A stretch of DNA of 64,000 nt from Rebecca billardiae RCC1528 (taxonomy: Eukaryota; Protista; Haptophyta). Below the pieces are notes generated by a model. That model had not been told where the DNA came from. It searched no databases and saw only the letters and a list, made by a program, of their open reading frames with translations. How positions within the stretch are numbered: the first letter of the stretch is position 1; each line of letters starts with the position of its first letter. Location of the stretch: the NCBI GenBank assembly GCA_965240325.2, contig OZ251245.1, positions 1,054,001 through 1,118,000 of the forward strand, given 5' to 3'. Shown here piece by piece: positions 9,699 to 20,478 of this stretch. The translations under genes and the position numbers were made by a program.

Positions 9699-10952
9699 AT
9701 GGGGCCGCCCCGATGGTGGCTCCGCCTGTCCGCGTGCGCATTGCTGGCGGGGATGGCGTGCTCGGCGGGGGCGCCCGGCAACGCGTCGGCGCCCGGCGGC
9801 AGCGTGCCGCTCCTCCCCGCCACGGTGCACATCGGCCCGTATAAGACGGGCTCGAGCGCCCTGCAGTTTGCGATGCGCGATGGCGGGCGACTGCGGCGGC
9901 TCGCCGAGGTGGAGGACGGCCTCGACGCTGCGAGGCTGTCCGTTGGGTTGCTTGGCGGGCACTTAGCGCTCGCCGCCGTGCTGTGGCACAGGCACAGCGA
10001 CGAGACCCTCGCCGGGCCGCGCGCGCCGGCCGCCTGGCGCGAGTTTGTGCGCGCCGTCGAGTCGGCGAGCGAGGCGCGGCGCGCGCTTCTCCTCTCCTCC
10101 GAGACCTTCTGCGACGAGCGCACGCAGCCGCGGCCGCTGCTGGCCGCGCTCGCGCCGGCCTTCGACGTGCGCGTGGTCGTCGTGTACCGCCGCGTCTTCG
10201 ACTGGCTCGTGTCCATGCACCAGCAGCTGTACCGCACGGACGGCTGGACGCTCACCAGAGTCATGGACGTGGCCCGCGCCGCGCGCAACCACCGCACGCT
10301 CGGCGCGTGGCTTAACGCCGGGGGCAAGTGGGACAGCGCGCGGGGGGCGTTCAGGCAAGCGTGGGCGCGCACCGGGTACGACGCGTGGAGCCGCGCCGGT
10401 GCGCGCGTCACCGTGCTCAACGTGCACCAGGGCGCCGAGGCGCCGCTGCTGCAGCAGTTTGTGTGCGGCCCAATGCGCGCGCCGGTCGCGTGCGCGTGGC
10501 TGCGCGAGAGCGCTGAGGGCCGGGCGATCGCGCGCCGGCGCGAGAACGCCGGCGAGTCGGTCGAGCGCCGCTACGTGGCGGACATTGCCTTCGCCGCCGT
10601 GCAGGCGGGCCAGGTGCCCTCCGCCGCGCTCGAGCGCAACGTCACCAACACGACGCACTTCATCGACCGGCTGCTCGACGCGCGGCGGCGCGCAGGCGCG
10701 GTGGGCGCAGGCGATCTGCCGCTCGCGTGCGCGTCCGAGGCCGAGCTCGAGTGGGTGTGGCAGCTGAGCGTTCGCGAGGAGGCGCGGCTCGTGCCTGAGT
10801 GGCACGACGCCGCCCGGCTGCGCGGCGCGTACGAGGCGGCGCTCAACTCGACGGCCTTCTGCTGGGCGGACACGGCCGTGGCGCTACGAAAGGGTGGCGC
10901 GTGGCTCGCTGCCCTCCGTGGCCGTGCCGTCGGCGCATCGCCAGAACGATAA
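9699..10952 (+). CDS. Secretory-pathway sulfotransferase-like P-loop protein
   Basis: Signal/anchor peptide followed by VHIGPYKTGSSALQ (PAPS-binding-type motif), LLLSSETF and VVVVYRR..DWLVS. Confidence 0.7.
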   Translation: MGPPRWWLRLSACALLAGMACSAGAPGNASAPGGSVPLLPATVHIGPYKTGSSALQFAMRDGGRLRRLAEVEDGLDAARLSVGLLGGHLALAAVLWHRHSDETLAGPRAPAAWREFVRAVESASEARRALLLSSETFCDERTQPRPLLAALAPAFDVRVVVVYRRVFDWLVSMHQQLYRTDGWTLTRVMDVARAARNHRTLGAWLNAGGKWDSARGAFRQAWARTGYDAWSRAGARVTVLNVHQGAEAPLLQQFVCGPMRAPVACAWLRESAEGRAIARRRENAGESVERRYVADIAFAAVQAGQVPSAALERNVTNTTHFIDRLLDARRRAGAVGAGDLPLACASEAELEWVWQLSVREEARLVPEWHDAARLRGAYEAALNSTAFCWADTAVALRKGGAWLAALRGRAVGASPER

Positions 10953-11221
10953 TAGCCTGACACTGAGTCAGCGCGATGTATGGATCCGCGGTCCGCGGAT
11001 CATAAACGCGTATGGGCACTGCCACCGCGCATGTGCTGACACTGCTGCTGATGCTGGTCCCTTCCTCGGTGACGCGCGTGGCGAGAGCGAGGAGTCCTGC
11101 TTATTGAGTTATGCTCATGAGGGCTGGTGCGTGGTAAAAATATTTTCCTGATTTCGTTCCGGTTCCGAGGCAGCGTTTCTGGCAAGTTTACTAGCGCTCG
11201 CGCCCGCACGATGGCGGCCTG

Positions 11222-12681
11222 ATGAATGCTTGGTGTCGAGCATTGACGACCATCGTGCTCGCGTTCACGGCGCCCGCGCGGTCGATGGAGCTCTGGCTGG
11301 ACTGCCGCCGAGCAGCCCCCGCCCCGACGCCGTCCGCACCCACGGCTCGCCCCCCGAGTGTCGAGCTGCTGCGCACCAGCTCCGCGTTCGATCGGCTCGT
11401 CGTGAACGCGGGCGAGCATGTCGACGAGCGCGAGCTCGGCGGCGCGTCGGTGCTGGAGGTGGCGTCGAGCGCCGACGGCGCGGGTGGCGCGGGTGGGGCG
11501 TGCAGGCTCGTGGACGCCGCGTCGCGCGCGCTCCTCGGCGCCTCCGTGCCCTGCCACTCGCCGGACGACCAGGGCCACGCGCTCGCTCTCGTCGGCTCTG
11601 TCGCGTGGCTGCATGTGGACGCAGGTCGAACGGGCTTCCCGTTCATCTCAAGCGAGAACCTGCTCGGCGCGGCGGAGGGGACGGGGACGCAGGTCGCCGT
11701 CACAGTCTCCTCCGCCGCGGACGTGCCGGGCCTCGCCTTCGCCCTCGAGCGGGGCGTCGACGCGCTCGTGTGCCCGCGCGACGCGAGCGCCGCGCTGCTC
11801 GAGGCGCTGCAGATCGCCAAGGCGCAGCGGCTCGAGCGCGCGGAGGCGGCGGCGGGCGGCGAGCAGCGCGCCGGCGCGGGGGACGGCGCGGGGGCGGGGG
11901 CGCTCGCGCTCGAGCCGGCGCGCGTCACCGCCGTCGTCGACGGCGGCGTCGCCGACCGCGTCGCCGTCGACTTCACGCGACTGCTGGCGGCAGAGGAGGG
12001 CTGCTTGGTGGGCTCGTCCGCCAAGGCGCTGGCGTTCGTGCACGGCGAGACGGTGCAGTCCGGCTTCGTGCCGCCGCGGCCGTTCCGGTGCAACGCCGGG
12101 CCCGTCCATGCGTGTACGCGCGCGCGCGCGCGCCCTGCCCGTGCGCCCCGCGCGCGCGCGCACGCCCGCGCCTGACCGCGCCGCCGCGCCGCGCTGCGAC
12201 GCCGCTGGCGGCGGCCGCAGACGTGCGGATGGCGGACGGCAGCTGCAAGTACCTGAGCGAGCTGTGCGCTGGCGACCGCGTCCTCATCGCGAGCGTGGCG
12301 GGCGGTGCGCCGGCGGAGGCGACCGTTGGGCGGTGCAAGGTCGAGCCCCGGCCCACCCTGCGCGTGGAGTTTGCGGCAGCAGCGGCTGCAGCGGACGCGC
12401 AAGGCGTGGCCGCGGCCGGGGCGGGCGCGGGCGCGGCGGCGGGGGGCGGGGGGCGGCGGGGGCAGCTCTTCCTGCAGCAGGCCGAGACGGTGCGCCTGGG
12501 GACCACGCAGGCTGGCGCTGGCGACGAGAGCCAGCAGCCTTCGACGGCGCCGCGAGCAGAGGCCATCACGGCCGGGCTGCCCGTGACCGCTGCGCGGCCG
12601 GGCGACACGATCCTCGTGCGATGGGCGGACAAGGGAACGCACGTGGGCAAAGACATCGCCGCACGTGTGAGCGAGCGCTGA
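11222..12681 (+). CDS. 3-dehydroquinate synthase II family (archaeal AroB'-type) protein; intron 12114-12220
   Basis: ADRVAVD, EGCLVGS, VHGET...PPRPFRCNAGPVHA|Y, KYLSEL.AGD, VGRCKVEPRP, LQQAETVRL, GTHVG. Splicing restores the conserved NAGPVHAY motif across two frames. Confidence 0.9.
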
Positions 12682-13092
12682 TGTGACGTGTTCAGCATCA
12701 TCGTCATACAGCTGTGCAGCAGAGTGTGCGCTGATCAATGCCGGACGCGCGACAGACACACTGCTAGCAGTCAATTTGGCGGTTTCGGGTTAGTGAATAG
12801 CTAGTGCTCAATAATCAATATATGATTAGCAGATACATCATCATCAGCTCAATAATTAAATGACGATGCACATCATTGCAGTATTGCACTGACACTGATC
12901 GAGGATGGTACGCTGTCAGACACCTCGCGGAACACCTGCCCCGCCATTGTGATTGTCACCGCCGCTGCGCCTGCAGTCCTCGGACTGCGTGGCACCGTGG
13001 CAGTGCATCGCGCGGCGGTGCGTAGTTCTGCCAGGGGAGAGAGGTGAGGAGGTTCTGCGGTGCATTCCGGACTACTGCGACCCAATAAAGAT

Positions 13093-13954
13093 CAGGTGCA
13101 TCTAATCTCCCGTAACGGTCGAGCACCCCTCGCTAGGCGAGGGGTGCGGCGGAAACGACAGTGGAAACCCGGGGACTTTGTCCCCGCGCCCCTATCGCGG
13201 GCTCTGGCGCGCGAACGCTTTGTCACTACTGGATCCCCGAGGTGGAGAGCGGCGCTCCGTGCACCAACAAAGACATCCCCAGCCGCATGTTGCCACTCGA
13301 CACCTCGTCTCGCCTCGCGCGGAGCCAACTTGTGGTGTGCGGGAGCCACCCGTAGCACACTGGGCCGTGTAGCGACGCGCGTGGCGGGTCAACAGTGCAT
13401 CGCGAAGGCGTCGCACGCGCAATCCGTTGAGTACATACTCATGTCTGTCCCATGGCACGTCGTGCGCCGCCGCGTGCGCCGATGCACTCCCGACTCGCGA
13501 CGCGCCGCGTGCAGCACAGCCTGTGCTTCGGGTAGCTCCCGCACACCACAAGTTGGCTCCGCGCGAAGCGAGACGAGGTGTCGACAGGCGGTGCATGACG
13601 TGCCATGGGACAGACATGAGTATGTACTCAACGGATTGCGCGTGCGACGCCTTCGCGATGCACTGTTGACCCGCCACACGCGTCGCTACACGGCCCAGTG
13701 TGCTACGGGTGGCTCCCGCACACCACAAGTTGGCTCCGCGCGAGGCGAGACGAGGTGTCGAGTGGCAACATGCGGCTGGGGATGTCTTTGTTGGTGCACG
13801 GAGCGCCTATCTCCGGCTCGGAATCCAGTAGTGACAAAGCGTTCGCGCGCCAGAGCCCGCGATAGGGGCGCGGGGACAAAGTCCCCGGGTTGCCACTGTC
13901 CTTTCTGTTGGCAGAGCGACCCGCCGGCCGTTACAGGGCCATTAGAAGGCGGTG
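13093..13954. mobile_element. Non-autonomous foldback/MULE-like element with long TIRs and 9-bp TSD AATAAAGAT
   Basis: Near-perfect inverted arms ~13157-13470 and ~13586-13900. Degenerate outer IR (ca....c.tctaat..ccc.gtaacgg) at both termini. AATAAAGAT at 13084-13092 and 13955-13963. Confidence 0.8.
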
Positions 13955-14071
13955 AATAAAGATTGTGGTGATACACGGTAGGTACCGTAGTAGTGTAACG
14001 ACCGAAGAAACTGCTGGCCGGCCGGCCGGCACTGAACAGGCGAAGACGTGGACTGAGCTGCCGCCGGCCTG

Positions 14072-15688
14072 ATGCTGTCCGTCCTCATCCTCGCGCTGCC
14101 GGTGCTCGCCCTCCGCCCCGGCGCGCCGGCGCCGCTCGGCCGCGCGCGCTCGGCCGTGTGCGTGCACGCTGGTGGCACGCTCCAGCCCAGGCCCACGGCG
14201 CCGCGCTCCTTCGACGGGCTTCGCCCGTTGGTCGAGTCGTTGCCCGCGGAGGCGGAGCTGCCCGGCATGATCGTCTTCGACCTGGACAACACGCTGTGGA
14301 CGCCGGAGCTGTACACGCTGCGTCGGCTGAAGGGGTACGCGGACGCCTCGCCCCCCGGCCCGACCGCCTGGCGAGACGTCTGGCTCGTCGACGGCGCGGC
14401 CGACGTGCTGCACGAGCTCGCGACCAGCGAGCGCTGGCAGGCGGCGGGCACGGTCCTGGCGGTCGCGTCGCGCACGACGAAGGGGCCGTGGGCGCGCTCG
14501 CTGCTGGCGCAGTTCGAGGTGCCCGGCGTCCCGCGCACCAACGGCCGCGCGCCCACCCTCGACGCCCTCCTGCCCTTCAAGCAGATCCGCCGCGGCGACA
14601 AGAGCGCGCACGTGCGCGCGCTCTCGGCCGAGTCGGGCGTTCCGTGCGAACGCATGCTTTTCTTCGATGACGCGCGCGGCGGGCGGTACGGCAACTGCGA
14701 GCCGGTGGCGCGGTTGGGCGTGCTCGCCGTGCACACGCCGCAGGGGCTCACGCGCGAGCTCTTCGCGCTCGGGCTCGCCGAGTACGCGCGGCGGCGGCAC
14801 CGCGGCCTGCCGACCGGCGGTGTGCTGCCTCAGCTGGCGGAGGGCGAGGAGACGGAGGCGGCCGGGGCGGGCGCGGGCGGCGTGGCGGGCGAGGCGCACG
14901 TTGCGGAGGCGAGGCTGTGGGGCGCGGACCCGGCGGAGGGCGTCGTGCGCAGCTGGCTCGAGGACCGCGGCTTCGGCTTCGTCCGCCTCGGCCGCGCCGA
15001 CATCTTCTTCCATTCCTCCGCGATCGTGGGCGGCGCCGAGCCGGCGCCGCGGCCGGGCGAGCGCGTGCGCGTGCGCGTGCGCGACGCGGCCGACGGGCGG
15101 CGCGAGTGCGAGCGCGTCGAGCGCGTGGAGCCGGGCGGCGGCGCGCGGCCGACGGGCGTGCCGACGGTGCGGATGCGCTGCTTCTCGATGAACATGCCCT
15201 TCGCCGCGCTCCTTGGCCACGGGTACAAGTCGCTCGAGACGCGCAACGGCACCATGTTTGCGCAGGGCGCGCGGCCGGGCGAGCGGCTGCTGCTGCACGT
15301 CGGCCGCCGGATCTACCCGGACGGCGGCGCGCACAAGGAGCTGATGCGCGCGCACGGCGCGAGCGAGGCGGAGATCCGCGAGCTCACCTCGCTGCCGCAC
15401 GGCTTTGGCCGCGGCCAGATCGTCGCCGTGCTCGAGCTCGGCGAGACGCAGCTCATGTCGGACGAGCGCGCGCGCTGCGCCCCCGAGGTCGAGCGCAGGG
15501 TCGTGGCGACCGGCCAGGCGATGGGCCGGTACCTGACGGAGGTGGTGCGCGCCGAGTGGCTGGAAGAGCCCGTGCCGATGCGCGGGCAGCCGGGGATCTT
15601 CGACGTCGAGATCCCGGCCGCGGCACTGCCCGATGGCTGGCGCGCCGCCGCCGCCGACACTGGCGGCGGCAGCAGAGCTAGCAGATGA
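14072..15688 (+). CDS. MDP1-type HAD phosphatase + cold-shock domain + ASCH (EOLA1-like) fusion with N-terminal targeting peptide
   Basis: IVFDLDNTLW, LAVASRT and MLFFDD (HAD IIIC/MDP1); GVVRSWLEDRGFGFV...DIFFHSS (RNP1/RNP2 of CSD); CFSMNMPFAALLGHGYKSLETR...P.PMRGQPGIF (ASCH). Confidence 0.85.
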   Translation: MLSVLILALPVLALRPGAPAPLGRARSAVCVHAGGTLQPRPTAPRSFDGLRPLVESLPAEAELPGMIVFDLDNTLWTPELYTLRRLKGYADASPPGPTAWRDVWLVDGAADVLHELATSERWQAAGTVLAVASRTTKGPWARSLLAQFEVPGVPRTNGRAPTLDALLPFKQIRRGDKSAHVRALSAESGVPCERMLFFDDARGGRYGNCEPVARLGVLAVHTPQGLTRELFALGLAEYARRRHRGLPTGGVLPQLAEGEETEAAGAGAGGVAGEAHVAEARLWGADPAEGVVRSWLEDRGFGFVRLGRADIFFHSSAIVGGAEPAPRPGERVRVRVRDAADGRRECERVERVEPGGGARPTGVPTVRMRCFSMNMPFAALLGHGYKSLETRNGTMFAQGARPGERLLLHVGRRIYPDGGAHKELMRAHGASEAEIRELTSLPHGFGRGQIVAVLELGETQLMSDERARCAPEVERRVVATGQAMGRYLTEVVRAEWLEEPVPMRGQPGIFDVEIPAAALPDGWRAAAADTGGGSRASR

Positions 15689-17660
15689 CGCGCCACCGCG
15701 CCCCACCACGATGATCGGTGCACGATGACGGGCCGTCCGGCCCAGATGGCGGCAACGCCGGTGACGGCGGTGTTGAGGATGCCGTGCCCCGCCGGTGGCC
15801 GTGGCGGTGGCGTGGCGCGATCGGGCCGTCCGCCGCGGTGGGAAACACGGTACGGTGGCCGCGATGCGCGCCCGCGTCCGTGTCACTTGTTGCGGGTCTC
15901 GAGCCAGCGCCGTTGTGGCTTTGTGCAACCACTGCTGTGACTAGCACAGTACGTGCCACTGGGCGCAGGAATTTCGGGTGGGGGGTTTCTTTTCCGAATA
16001 TGTCGGTGATGCCGTCAGAGCACCACCAACCTCTGCCGCTGGCGGCTGCGCTGACAGCGCCGGCGCTGGGCGGCAGCCGGAGCCGGCGATACGGGCGCCG
16101 ACTCGGCGCGCACTCCTGCGGTAGCTGCGTGACCGCGAAGGCGGGTGCGCGTGGTTGAGCGCGGCTGAAGAGCAGCCATTTGCGTCGTTCCGCTGCGCGC
16201 CGTTCGGAGTCACTGCATCCGTCGCGCCTCAGGCAATCGCGTGCGCCGCAACAACAAGCAGGAAGTCGTGCGCATTACATCCGGGCCTCACAGCCGTGCT
16301 CCGGGACACACTCTGCCACTGCACGCGAGTGCCGCAAGCCGAGCGGCGCCTCGGCGTCCGGCACTAAGTTATGGTTATTGCACTACTGGGCATGCAATGA
16401 TGCCCAGGTATTACAGTTTATGCACGCGTCATCGCTCGTCACAGTACGACGCTGCCTGGCATGCGCATGCGGTGCACGGGTCACACAGCCGTCAAATTAA
16501 TTAAAGGCACGATCGAGCATCCGAGTGCCATCCGACGGCCGCAGCTGTCGCCGTCGGCCATCGTCACATCGTCGGCGCCACGGCTACTCGACGGCGCGGC
16601 TCCGGGACTGGCTTGAGTCCGTGTGAGCCACTTGGCGCGGAAAGTAACTGACTAGCTGAATGCGCCCTTCTGGATAGTCGGATGTAGCAGTGAGCACGTG
16701 CCCGCGTGAAAGGAGCGCGCGCCATTCCGGCACCGGACGCGGCGTCGGGGCTGGATGCTCACGTCTTGGGCAGGCTGACGATGCTGCCTTCCGTCTGTCA
16801 CACGATTCCGCGCGATGCCAGTCGGGCCACCGCGAGCCTCCTGCCGGCCCCGCGTCAGGGGGCCGTCCGCCACGGCGCCAGTGGCCAGTTCAGGCCGCCA
16901 CCGTACTAGGCCCGGAGTCAGACCGTTGTCAGCACCTTGTCCTTAGTGACCCGTACCGAGTACCGTACTCCGTAGAGTCAGACAATCAGTCAGTCGGACC
17001 GTACTCCGTAGTCGTACAGGCCGGTACAGGCAATCGCGGGCAATAAGAAGTCAGAGATCTCACGGCTAGTCTCGGTTTCTTAGCCGTTCGGTAGCCCGAG
17101 CGCCTACGGAGTCTCAGTTTCTTAGCTAGGTCCGCCCGCCGCGCAGGCGCGGCCGGGGGCGCCGCAGGGGGGCAGAGCCCCCCGCTGAGGGCTTTAGGCC
17201 CGGCCGGCGAGGCCGAAGAAAAATTTGGGCCATCATTTTGGAGCAAATCTGACATGATGTTGCATGGAGGCTGCGGTGCACTGGCCAGGAGTCAGTCATC
17301 AGGAGAAGTCTGGACTTGGCCTGTCGTACTCGTACGGTCGCGGGGCCGCGCGCCGCGTCCCACGGGCCGACTGCGCCTCGGCGGACCACTCGTCAGCCGC
17401 GACGACGTAGTCCCGGTTTCTTAGTGTGACTATATGCGTATAGCGAACCAGCCAATCGCTAGTCTCAGTTTCTAGGCCAGATCCGCAGATAGCAAGCCCC
17501 AGTTTCTTAACGTGACAGCTCCTTATTGCCCGCGATTGCCTGTAGTCCAGTAGTACGCGTAGTACGCCATTGACACGGGTACGGCAGCAGGCGCCATCAC
17601 TGCGCCAGTACTGCGCGCACGGCCTGCGCCAGAGCCCTGCGCTGCTGGCTCGAGATCCAT

Positions 17661-18971
17661 TCAAAACTTGACCCGGTACACGGCAATCGGCTCGCCGTAG
17701 TCCGTGTGCCCCAATACGCGCACCCGCTCGATCACGCCCCGGGAGACGAGCTGCTCGGCGACGCCGGGCCACTTGACCATCAAGTCGAGCGAGAGGATGA
17801 ACTCCTCCCGCTTGAGGCCCGACTTGGAGTAGCCCCTGTCCGGTGTGGAGATGGGTGTCCAGCCCTGGTTGGCGTAGTCACCTGGCCCTGCGCCGAGCGC
17901 TATGCACCGCTCGCGCAGAACGGCGGCGCCGAGGTGGTCGCTGTACAGCGCCCAGACCGCCAGCTCGCCCTGGCTGTGGTTGTTGACCTGCTTGTTCAGC
18001 CGCACGGGCAGAGCCACCCGCCGCACGTCCACCTCCAGCGCCACCTGGTTGCGCATCCAGCTCGCGCCGGGCATGAACACGACGCCGGGGCCGAAGGCGC
18101 CGGGGGCCACCGCCAGGCGCTGCGCCGCGCCCGCATCCAGCCCGCGCAGCTCGGCGAGCTGCGCGCGGAACGCGCTCACCAGGCTGGTGACGGCCTGGCG
18201 CGAGGCCGCGTCCGCGAGCGCGGGCACGTCCACGCCCGGCTGTGAGAGCTTGTGCAGCGTGTCCACGTCCTCCTCGGCGAGCTCGAGCGGCTTGAGCAAG
18301 CACGCGTGGAAGCTGGGGTCCTTGGCTGCGTGCGCGAGCGTCTGCCCGTTGCTCCTGACAATGGCCCCGAGCTCGCGCACGCGCGAGCGCACGAGGCACG
18401 ACGCCGCGAGCGCGCGCCGGTACAAGCTCCGCACCAGCTCGGCGCCGCCGATCATCGCCGCGCCTCGGAACGCGTCGCCCGCGTCGTCCAGCGCGCGCAC
18501 GTACCACGGCTCGGCCGCACTCCCGGTCAGAGTCGACGCGTGGCCGAGCGCGCACGCTGCGAGGTTGAGGAAGAATGTGGTGCTGGTGCCCAACGTGTGG
18601 CCCGACCGAACGAGGTGCCGCTGCGCATCACATGCCTTGTGCGCGGCTTCGTACTTGCCCGCGGCGTGGAGCCGCGCGGCGCTGTCCAGAGCGGACGCGA
18701 GCTCGGGGATGCTCTCGAAGCCCACGGCAAGCGGCAGCTCGGCCCACTCGCGGTCGACAAGCTCGGAAGCCGCAGGAACAGGGGCACCGCCCGCCGCGCT
18801 CGAAGCGCCTGCCGGTGGCGCCGCGCTCTCGGCGCGCCGTGGCGACGGCGTGTGCCCGAGGCACTCCATACAGCGTCGCTCAGCCACCCGCTTCTTCATC
18901 TGCTTGTTCGTGAACGCCTCCGCGGGCAGTGTGCGCGCGCACGCCGCGCAAACCACGCCGGCCATCGACAT
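17661..18971 (-). CDS. Hypothetical protein: N-terminal C4 zinc finger, TPR-like helical region, globular C-terminal domain
   Basis: CAAC...AFTNKQMKK...CMEC; helical repeats (AGKYEAA, FLNLAAC, SLYRRALA). Confidence 0.65.
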   Translation of the reverse strand: MSMAGVVCAACARTLPAEAFTNKQMKKRVAERRCMECLGHTPSPRRAESAAPPAGASSAAGGAPVPAASELVDREWAELPLAVGFESIPELASALDSAARLHAAGKYEAAHKACDAQRHLVRSGHTLGTSTTFFLNLAACALGHASTLTGSAAEPWYVRALDDAGDAFRGAAMIGGAELVRSLYRRALAASCLVRSRVRELGAIVRSNGQTLAHAAKDPSFHACLLKPLELAEEDVDTLHKLSQPGVDVPALADAASRQAVTSLVSAFRAQLAELRGLDAGAAQRLAVAPGAFGPGVVFMPGASWMRNQVALEVDVRRVALPVRLNKQVNNHSQGELAVWALYSDHLGAAVLRERCIALGAGPGDYANQGWTPISTPDRGYSKSGLKREEFILSLDLMVKWPGVAEQLVSRGVIERVRVLGHTDYGEPIAVYRVKF

Positions 18972-19188
18972 CCTTCCCGACGGCGACGAGGTTATTACTT
19001 ACTTGCGCGCTGTATTCGAAGAACTCTACGCGTTCTCATTGTCAGGATCATCATCAGAAGTGAGCAGTGTGACATGGCTTAGTCAACTCACACTCGCAAC
19101 ACTGAACACACGCGACGACGATACTCAGTCTGCTGACGCTATGCGTGCGCACACACGACGATGGCACGGGCCACGGCGTGGCGGTACG

Positions 19189-20240
19189 TCATCCCTTTTG
19201 CTTCTTCTTCTGCGCCTGCACGAACTCGTCGATCGCCGAGCGCAGCGCCACGTTGGGCACGAGCACCTGGTCCTTTTTGGGGATGCTCACGTTTGAGAGT
19301 GGGTCGGTGCTGTGCGTGCGCAGCCACGTGGCGATCGCCTCGCGCTCGTACGTGTTGCCCGAGCCGACGAGCACCACCGGATCCCGCATGATCTCGCCCG
19401 TGATCGAGCACACGTACGCCGCGGGGATGTCCGCCTCGTCGAGGCTCAGGTCCCGGAGCGCGGCGTCGAGCGCCGAGCCCCCGAGCCCGCTCACGACGGT
19501 CGGGCCCGCGCTCGGCGCGGGCGCCGGCCCGACCGGCCGCGCGACGGCGGTGGGCGGCGCGCCGGCGGACGAGCGCGACGGGTCGATCGCGACACCGTGC
19601 ACCACGGGCCGCGAGCCCACGCTGTGCGCGCTCTGCCGCAGCTGCTCGCGCGGATCATCCCAGGTGGTCCGCCTGGAGGTGGCGGGCGCGCGGCGGCGGG
19701 CGGGGCGGCGCGGCGCGAGGCGGTCGGGCGGCGGTTGGGCACGGCTCGGGGGCTGCGCGCGGCGCGCGTGGGCGGCGCGCCGCGCCTCGGCTCGCGCCGG
19801 CTGGTAGGTACGCTCGCGCCGCGCACCTGGTCGAGTGGTCCACAAAGTACTTGCGGCCCTGCGCGGTCGTCGCCTCCTCCCAGCCGTAAGGCAGCGGCTG
19901 TCCCACGCATCGCGGCGCGCGCGCAGAGGGCCAGGGACGGGCGCGGGCGCGTGAGCGGCGGCGGCGGGCGCAGGGACGTGGGCATCGGGTAGGACGGCAG
20001 CGTGCACGTCGCCTCGACCACGCGCCCGCGCCGCGCACGCACCGGCTCCCAGTGTGTGGAGCGCGTGTTGTGATCGAGGTAGTACGGACGGCCGTCTGCC
20101 GTGTACGCGAGCTCCCATCCGCTGGGCAGCTGGTAGCTCGCGCCGACGGCGGGGGTCTGCGTGGTCGATGCGGGTGGCGCCAGGGGCTGCGGCGCCCGTG
20201 GCGCCGGGTTGCTCGAGCCCGAGCGCCCCCACCAAGGCAT
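19189..20240 (-). CDS. WW-WW-U-box E3 ubiquitin ligase; introns 19898-20042 and 19673-19826
   Basis: LPSGWELAYTADGRPYYLDHNTRSTHWEP and LPYGWEEATTAQGRKYFVDHSTR|RTTWDDP (WW x2); YVCSITGEIMRDPVVLVGSGNTYEREAIATWL...DPLSN...LVPNVALRSAI (U-box). Confidence 0.9.
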
Positions 20241-20478
20241 CTGCCGCGTGGAGCGGTGCGTGCGGACCACCAAAAGTGGGGCGCCTGACGGCGGATGGCG
20301 GACTTTCCTGGCAATTGCACATTGGCCAACCGAAAGGTCCGGCCGCCGCGCCGGACCGTGCCGGTCCGGCTGGGCGCCAATGATCCGGACCGCGCATCCT
20401 CTTGAACCTGCGCCCTCGACTCGAAAAAACGCTCGCGGCCTCGCGCGTCCGACGCCCGGTCTTGTCCACTCCGCCCAG

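Noticed and set aside
11222-12681. Programmed frameshift or pseudogene in DHQS II (likewise the HK, katanin and WW-U-box genes)
   Set aside because: Canonical GT-AG introns explain each frame change and restore the conserved motifs.
13060-13959. 299-aa ORF with internal repeats
   Set aside because: It is a by-product of the palindromic element, with no transposase or other motif.
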